Positions 55,882 through 64,000 of a stretch of DNA of 64,000 nt are shown here, piece by piece. This stretch comes from Escherichia coli. GTDB taxonomy: Bacteria > Pseudomonadota > Gammaproteobacteria > Enterobacterales > Enterobacteriaceae. A program made the translations under genes and the position numbers. A model generated the notes under the pieces. That model was not told the origin of the DNA. It did no database searches and saw only the letters and a list, made by a program, of their open reading frames with translations. Every line of letters starts with the position of its first letter. Within the stretch, counting starts at the first letter, position 1. The stretch lies in the NCBI RefSeq assembly GCF_003334255.1, contig NZ_QOWU01000020.1, one strand, 5' to 3'.

Positions 55882-56307
55882 GTGCGACAACGGACTATTG
55901 TATGCCCTTTGATTCAAAATGATGGTGCTTATTTGCTGTGTAAAATGGCCGACGATCGCGGCGTTTTCCCCGGTCAATGGGCGATTTCGGGTGGCGGCGT
56001 GGAGCCTGGCGAACGAATTGAAGAGGCACTACGCCGCGAAATTCGCGAAGAACTGGGAGAACAGCTGCTTTTGACAGAAATCACGCCGTGGACCTTCAGC
56101 GATGATATTCGCACCAAGACGTATGCAGATGGTCGCAAGGAAGAGATTTATATGATTTACCTGATTTTTGACTGCGTTTCTGCCAACCGAGAAGTGAAAA
56201 TAAACGAAGAGTTTCAGGACTACGCGTGGGTAAAACCTGAAGATCTGGTGCATTATGATTTGAATGTCGCCACCCGAAAAACGTTACGTTTGAAAGGTCT
56301 TCTGTAA
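55882..56307 (+). CDS. nudI: Nudix nucleoside triphosphatase NudI (GTG start)
   Basis: 141-aa ORF with Nudix box ([23 protein letters not shown]). Confidence 0.92.
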
Positions 56308-56345
56308 CAATGATGACAGCCATTACTGGCTGTCAGATTGAAAAT

Positions 56346-56948
56346 TTAGTGGTTAACGAATTCCCCATCCAGATAAACTTTGCCTTTTTCCACATGCATG
56401 ACTAAACCATCCAGATAATCAGGTTTAAATGTCGCGTCACGCTTATCTTTAGCAATATATGTCAGGCAATGATTATGGGTGAAAATAACGATATTTTTAT
56501 CAGGCGCTTTGCTTTGTAAGTCCTTAATTGCACTATAAATCTCATTACCGCACTGAAGAAGTCGTTTATCTACCGTCAATTTTTTACCCGCTGAAAACCA
56601 GGTAGCCGACTGAATGGTCCGGACGGTATTACTGGAATAAAGATCGAAATCAGGGATATCAGCACTAAAAGCGTTGCCCAGTTCACGGGCATCCTGGGTA
56701 CCTTTAACCGTAATACCTGTTTTATCTGACAAGCATTGATTGGTTGAACGGTCGCAACGTTCAGCATGACGAAACAAAACGACAACCGGGTGCTGCTGTG
56801 CCAGTCTGGCCAGTGTTTTATTGTCGATACGTGGCAAACCATTGCTACTCCAGGCGGCATGAGTACCCAGTCCGGCAATTGCAGCGAGCGCCAGTAAAAT
56901 GATGATATATTTTTTTGACTTCAACGAAGAGCGGCAAAAAGCTAACAC
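56346..56948 (-). CDS. ais: Ais, PmrA-regulated periplasmic phosphatase-like protein (GTG start)
   Basis: 200-aa protein (M)[25 protein letters not shown] with RHAER histidine-phosphatase signature. Confidence 0.88.
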   Translation of the reverse strand: MLAFCRSSLKSKKYIIILLALAAIAGLGTHAAWSSNGLPRIDNKTLARLAQQHPVVVLFRHAERCDRSTNQCLSDKTGITVKGTQDARELGNAFSADIPDFDLYSSNTVRTIQSATWFSAGKKLTVDKRLLQCGNEIYSAIKDLQSKAPDKNIVIFTHNHCLTYIAKDKRDATFKPDYLDGLVMHVEKGKVYLDGEFVNH

Positions 56949-57140
56949 GTAAACTCCACCTATAGACAAGCGCAACCAGACAATTACCGTGAAATTGAGC
57001 TACATTTCTGGCGATAATTCGCAGTTGGTGTAATATTAAAAATCCTACGATGTCGGCAAAATGCCTCAAAATTTTGCCAAATGCAAAGCCTAAATAAGAA
57101 AAAATATAAAAATTTCAATATTTACGTCTAATATTAGTTT

Positions 57141-57157
57141 CTTAAGGTTAAGTTAAT
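57141..57157 (+). promoter_or_regulatory. PmrA (BasR) box upstream of arnB
   Basis: CTTAAG-GTTAA-GTTAAT direct repeat about 80 bp upstream of the arnB start. Confidence 0.75.
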
Positions 57158-57237
57158 ATTCTATCCTTAAAATTTCGCTCCAAATGGCAAAATATACACA
57201 ACACTCTTTATAGCAAATATAAGTGGACAGGTATTCA

Positions 57238-58395
57238 ATGGCGGAAGGAAAAGCAATGTCAGAATTTTTGCCTTTTTCGCGACCAGCAATGGGCGTGGAG
57301 GAACTCGCTGCAGTTAAAGAGGTTCTCGAATCCGGTTGGATCACAACCGGTCCGAAGAATCAGGCGCTTGAGCAAGCTTTTTGCCAGTTGACGGGAAATC
57401 AGCATGCCATCGCGGTCAGTTCAGCCACCGCCGGAATGCATATCACGCTAATGGCGTTGAAAATTGGCAAGGGCGATGAAGTGATTACGCCTTCCCTGAC
57501 CTGGGTTTCAACCCTCAATATGATTTCCTTGTTGGGTGCAACGCCGGTAATGGTGGATGTCGACCGCGATACGCTGATGGTCACGCCTGAAGCTATCGAG
57601 TCAGCCATTACGCCACGCACTAAAGCCATCATTCCGGTGCATTATGCCGGTGCGCCAGCAGATATTGACGCCATTCGCGCCATTGGCGAACGTTACGGCA
57701 TCGCAGTTATCGAAGATGCTGCCCATGCCGTCGGTACGTATTACAAAGGGCGACATATTGGCGCAAAAGGTACCGCTATTTTTTCATTTCATGCCATTAA
57801 AAATATTACCTGTGCTGAAGGTGGCCTGATTGTAACTGATAATGAAAACCTTGCCCGCCAGCTACGGATGCTGAAATTTCACGGTCTGGGTGTCGATGCC
57901 TATGACAGACAAACCTGGGGCCGTGCACCGCAGGCTGAAGTCTTAACACCGGGCTATAAGTACAATCTGACCGATATTAACGCCGCGATTGCCCTGACAC
58001 AGTTAGTCAAATTAGAGCACCTCAACACCCGTCGGCGCGAAATTGCCCAGCAATATCAGCAAGCACTGGCAGCTCTCCCCTTTCAGCCATTAAGCCTTCC
58101 CGCCTGGCCGCACGTTCACGCCTGGCATCTGTTTATTATTCGTGTCGATGAACAACGTTGTGGTATCAGTCGCGATGCGTTGATGGAAGCGTTAAAAGAA
58201 AGAGGCATTGGTACCGGGTTACATTTCCGCGCCGCTCACACACAAAAATATTATCGCGAGCGTTTTCCCACGCTGTCGTTACCGAATACCGAATGGAATA
58301 GCGAACGCATCTGTTCTTTGCCGCTGTTCCCGGATATGACTACCGCCGATGCCGACCATGTCATCACAGCCCTTCAGCAACTCGCAGGACAATAA
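57238..58395 (+). CDS. arnB: UDP-4-amino-4-deoxy-L-arabinose aminotransferase
   Basis: 385-aa protein starting [19 protein letters not shown] (DegT/PLP aminotransferase); the ORF-track start is 5 codons upstream. Confidence 0.93.
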   Translation: MAEGKAMSEFLPFSRPAMGVEELAAVKEVLESGWITTGPKNQALEQAFCQLTGNQHAIAVSSATAGMHITLMALKIGKGDEVITPSLTWVSTLNMISLLGATPVMVDVDRDTLMVTPEAIESAITPRTKAIIPVHYAGAPADIDAIRAIGERYGIAVIEDAAHAVGTYYKGRHIGAKGTAIFSFHAIKNITCAEGGLIVTDNENLARQLRMLKFHGLGVDAYDRQTWGRAPQAEVLTPGYKYNLTDINAAIALTQLVKLEHLNTRRREIAQQYQQALAALPFQPLSLPAWPHVHAWHLFIIRVDEQRCGISRDALMEALKERGIGTGLHFRAAHTQKYYRERFPTLSLPNTEWNSERICSLPLFPDMTTADADHVITALQQLAGQ

Positions 58396-59366
<971 letters not shown>

Positions 59367-59367
<1 letters not shown>

Positions 59368-61349
59368 TGAAAACCGTCGTTTTTGCCTACCACGATATGG
59401 GATGCCTCGGTATTGAAGCCCTGCTGGCTGCCGGTTACGAAATTAGCGCCATTTTTACCCATACTGATAATCCCGGTGAAAAAGCCTTTTATGGTTCGGT
59501 GGCTCGTCTGGCGGCGGAAAGAGGCATTCCGGTTTATGCGCCGGATAACGTTAATCATCCGCTGTGGGTGGAACGCATTGCCCAACTGTCGCCAGATGTG
59601 ATTTTCTCTTTTTATTATCGCCATCTTATTTACGACGAAATTTTGCAGCTCGCTCCCGCAGGTGCATTTAATCTGCATGGTTCGCTGTTACCAAAATATC
59701 GTGGTCGCGCGCCGCTGAACTGGGTGCTGGTCAACGGTGAAACGGAAACTGGCGTTACATTGCACCGAATGGTGAAACGTGCCGATGCCGGGGCCATTGT
59801 GGCGCAACTGCGCATTGCCATTGCGCCAGACGATATCGCTATTACGCTGCATCATAAATTGTGCCATGCCGCGCGCCAGCTACTGGAACAGACATTACCC
59901 GCCATTAAACACGGTAATATTCTGGAAATCGCCCAGCGCGAAAACGAAGCCACCTGTTTTGGTCGCAGAACGCCGGATGACAGTTTCCTTGAATGGCATA
60001 AACCGGCATCCGTACTGCACAACATGGTACGTGCCGTTGCCGATCCGTGGCCGGGTGCCTTCAGCTATGTTGGCAATCAGAAATTCACCGTCTGGTCGTC
60101 GCGTGTTCATCCTCATGCCAGCAAAGCACAGCCGGGGAGCGTGATTTCTGTTGCGCCACTGCTGATTGCCTGTGGCGATGGCGCGCTGGAAATCGTCACC
60201 GGACAGGCGGGCGACGGCATTACTATGCAGGGCTCGCAATTAGCGCAGACGCTGGGCCTGGTGCAAGGTTCACGCTTGAATAGCCAGCCTGCCTGCACCG
60301 CCCGACGCCGTACCCGGGTACTCATCCTCGGGGTGAATGGCTTTATTGGCAACCATCTGACAGAACGCCTGCTGCGCGAAGATCATTATGAAGTTTACGG
60401 TCTGGATATTGGCAGCGATGCGATAAGCCGTTTTCTGAATCATCCGCATTTTCACTTTGTTGAAGGCGATATCAGTATTCATTCCGAATGGATTGAGTAT
60501 CATGTCAAAAAATGTGATGTCGTCTTGCCGCTGGTGGCGATAGCCACGCCGATTGAATATACCCGCAACCCGCTGCGCGTATTTGAACTCGATTTTGAAG
60601 AGAATCTGCGCATTATCCGCTACTGCGTGAAGTACCGTAAGCGAATCATCTTCCCGTCAACTTCAGAAGTTTATGGGATGTGTAGCGATAAATACTTCGA
60701 TGAGGACCATTCTAATTTAATCGTCGGCCCGGTGAATAAACCACGCTGGATTTATTCGGTATCAAAACAATTACTTGATCGGGTGATCTGGGCCTATGGC
60801 GAAAAAGAGGGTTTACAGTTCACCCTCTTCCGCCCGTTTAACTGGATGGGACCACGACTGGATAACCTTAATGCAGCGCGAATTGGCAGCTCCCGCGCTA
60901 TTACGCAACTCATTCTCAATCTGGTAGAAGGTTCACCGATTAAGCTGATTGATGGCGGAAAACAAAAACGCTGCTTTACTGATATTCGCGATGGTATCGA
61001 GGCGTTATACCGCATTATCGAAAATGCGGGAAATCGCTGCGACGGTGAAATTATCAACATTGGCAATCCTGAGAACGAAGCGAGCATTGAGGAACTGGGC
61101 GAGATGCTGCTGGCGAGCTTCGAAAAACATCCGCTGCGCCATCATTTCCCACCGTTTGCGGGCTTTCGCGTTGTCGAAAGTAGCAGCTACTACGGCAAAG
61201 GATATCAGGACGTAGAGCATCGTAAACCGAGCATCCGCAATGCCCACCGCTGCCTGGACTGGGAGCCGAAAATTGATATGCAGGAAACCATCGACGAAAC
61301 GCTGGATTTCTTCCTGCGCACCGTTGATCTTACGGATAAACCATCATGA
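59367..61349 (+). CDS. arnA: Bifunctional UDP-GlcA decarboxylase / UDP-Ara4N formyltransferase
   Basis: 660-aa ORF with formyltransferase N-domain and SDR C-domain ([10 protein letters not shown]); start overlaps the arnC stop. Confidence 0.97.
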
Positions 61350-62236
61350 CCAAAGTAGGCTTACGCATTGATGTCGATACCTTTCGTGGCACCCGTGAAG
61401 GCGTGCCGCGTCTGCTGGAAATCTTGAGTAAGCATAATATTCAGGCCAGCATTTTTTTCAGCGTCGGCCCGGACAATATGGGCCGCCATCTCTGGCGACT
61501 GGTGAAGCCACAGTTTTTGTGGAAGATGCTGCGCTCAAACGCGGCATCGCTTTATGGCTGGGATATTTTACTGGCAGGTACGGCCTGGCCAGGTAAAGAG
61601 ATTGGTCATGCCAATGCCGATATCATTCGTGAAGCGGCTAAACATCACGAAGTCGGCCTGCACGCCTGGGATCACCATGCCTGGCAAGCCCGTAGCGGTA
61701 ACTGGGATCGGCAAACAATGATCGACGATATTGCACGCGGTCTTCGCACTCTGGAAGAGATTATCGGTCAACCGGTAACCTGTTCTGCCGCTGCGGGCTG
61801 GCGTGCCGACCAGAAGGTGATCGAAGCAAAAGAAGCGTTCCATTTGCGCTACAACAGCGATTGTCGTGGGGCCATGCCGTTCCGTCCATTGCTCGAATCA
61901 GGAAACCCTGGCACTGCGCAAATTCCGGTGACCTTACCCACCTGGGATGAAGTGATTGGTCGGGATGTGAAAGCAGAAGATTTTAACGGTTGGTTACTCA
62001 ACCGCATCCTGCGAGATAAAGGCACGCCGGTTTATACCATTCATGCAGAAGTTGAAGGCTGCGCTTATCAGCATAATTTTGTGGATCTCCTCAAACGCGC
62101 AGCTCAGGAAGGCGTGACATTTTGCCCTTTAAGCGAACTGTTATCAGAGACGTTGCCGCTCGGACAAGTTGTTCGCGGAAATATTGCCGGACGTGAAGGC
62201 TGGCTGGGTTGCCAACAAATTGCGGGTAGTCGCTGA
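61346..62236 (+). CDS. arnD: 4-deoxy-4-formamido-L-arabinose-phosphoundecaprenol deformylase
   Basis: 296-aa ORF matching ArnD; 4-nt overlap with arnA. Confidence 0.95.
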
Positions 62237-63888
62237 TGAAATCGGTACGTTACCTTATCGGCCTCTTCGCGTTTATTGCCTGCTATTACCTGTTACCGAT
62301 CAGCACGCGTCTGCTCTGGCAACCCGATGAAACGCGTTATGCGGAAATCAGTCGAGAAATGCTGGCATCCGGCGACTGGATTGTGCCCCATCTGTTAGGG
62401 CTACGTTATTTCGAAAAACCCATTGCCGGATACTGGATTAACAGCATTGGGCAATGGCTATTTGGCGCGAATAACTTTGGTGTGCGGGCAGGCGTTATCT
62501 TTGCGACCCTGTTAACTGCCGCGCTGGTGACCTGGTTTACTCTGCGCTTATGGCGCGATAAACGTCTGGCTCTACTCGCCACAGTAATTTATCTCTCATT
62601 GTTTATTGTCTATGCCATCGGCACTTATGCCGTGCTCGATCCGTTTATTGCATTCTGGCTGGTGGCGGGAATGTGCAGCTTCTGGCTGGCAATGCAGGCA
62701 CAGACGTGGAAAGGCAAAAGCGCAGGATTTTTACTGCTGGGAATCACCTGCGGCATGGGGGTGATGACCAAAGGTTTTCTCGCCCTTGCCGTGCCGGTAT
62801 TAAGCGTGCTGCCATGGGTAGCGACGCAAAAACGCTGGAAAGATCTCTTTATTTACGGCTGGCTGGCGGTTATCAGTTGCGTACTGACGGTTCTCCCTTG
62901 GGGACTGGCGATAGCGCAGCGGGAGCCTAACTTCTGGCACTATTTTTTCTGGGTTGAGCATATTCAACGCTTTGCACTGGATGATGCCCAACATAGAGCT
63001 CCGTTCTGGTACTACGTGCCGGTCATCATTGCCGGTAGCCTGCCGTGGCTGGGATTACTCCCCGGTGCACTGTACACAGGCTGGAAAAACCGCAAGCATT
63101 CCGCAACCGTCTATTTGTTGAGCTGGACGATAATGCCGCTGCTGTTTTTCTCCGTCGCTAAAGGTAAATTGCCCACCTATATTCTTTCCTGCTTTGCATC
63201 TCTGGCAATGCTGATGGCGCATTACGCTTTGCTGGCAGCAAAAAATAATCCTCTGGCGCTGCGGATTAATGGCTGGATTAACATCGCTTTTGGCGTCACT
63301 GGCATTATTGCCACATTTGTGGTCTCCCCGTGGGGACCAATGAACACGCCGGTGTGGCAAACCTTCGAGAGCTATAAAGTCTTTTGTGCCTGGTCGATTT
63401 TTTCGCTATGGGCATTTTTCGGCTGGTACACCTTAACAAACGTCGAAAAGACCTGGCCTTTTGCCGCGCTTTGCCCGCTGGGGCTGGCGTTGCTGGTAGG
63501 ATTTTCAATTCCTGACAGAGTTATGGAAGGAAAACATCCGCAATTTTTTGTCGAGATGACACAAGAATCACTTCAGCCAAGCCGCTATATTCTTACTGAT
63601 AGCGTCGGTGTTGCCGCAGGTCTGGCATGGAGCCTGCAACGCGATGACATCATCATGTATCGCCAGACAGGTGAGTTGAAATACGGCCTTAATTATCCGG
63701 ATGCGAAAGGGAGATTTGTCAGCGGTGATGAGTTCGCAAACTGGCTTAATCAACATCGTCAGGAGGGGATTATTACTCTCGTGCTTTCGGTTGACCGCGA
63801 TGAAGATATCAACAGTCTCGCCATTCCGCCCGCAGATGCCATCGATCGTCAGGAGCGTCTGGTGCTGATTCAGTATCGTCCCAAATGA
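62236..63888 (+). CDS. arnT: Undecaprenyl phosphate-alpha-Ara4N transferase (lipid A modification)
   Basis: 550-aa polytopic membrane ORF matching ArnT; start overlaps the arnD stop. Confidence 0.97.
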
Positions 63889-64000
63889 TCTGGCTAACAT
63901 TAGTCTTTGCCAGCTTGCTTAGCGTTGCCGGGCAGTTGTGTCAGAAACAGGCAACCTGCTTTGTGGCGATAAACAAACGGCGCAAACATATCGTGCTGTG
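63885..64000 (+). CDS. arnE: ArnE undecaprenyl-phosphate-Ara4N flippase subunit, 5' part only (runs off the window)
   Basis: ATG at 63885 overlaps the arnT stop; translation [38 protein letters not shown] matches the ArnE N-terminus. Confidence 0.85.

Overview
The window is colinear with the Escherichia coli K-12 chromosome from the 3' end of alkB to the start of arnE, and almost everything in it is well-known core biology. Gene order is alkB-ada, apbE, ompC/micF, rcsD-rcsB/rcsC, atoSC-atoDAEB, yfaP-yfaQ-yfaS-yfaT-yfaA, gyrA, ubiG, yfaL, nrdAB-yfaE, inaA, yfaH, glpQT/glpABC, yfaD-ypaA, rhmRDTA, yfaY, yfaZ, nudI, ais and arnBCADT(E). Identifications rest on my recognition of the translated ORFs (lengths and N-termini match the K-12 proteins); no database search was run. 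There are no rRNA, tRNA, CRISPR or prophage genes. The one clear departure from the reference arrangement is at the left edge: bases 1-76 are not alkB/yojI sequence but look like the terminus of an IS186-like insertion sequence, and the junction replaces the last 18 codons of alkB, removing its 2-oxoglutarate-binding residues. Other points worth a look are the thioester-less alpha2-macroglobulin operon (yfaPQSTA), the yfaD/ypaA tandem duplication, a repeat-encoded linker in yfaL, and four REP/BIME clusters. gyrA carries a wild-type QRDR.
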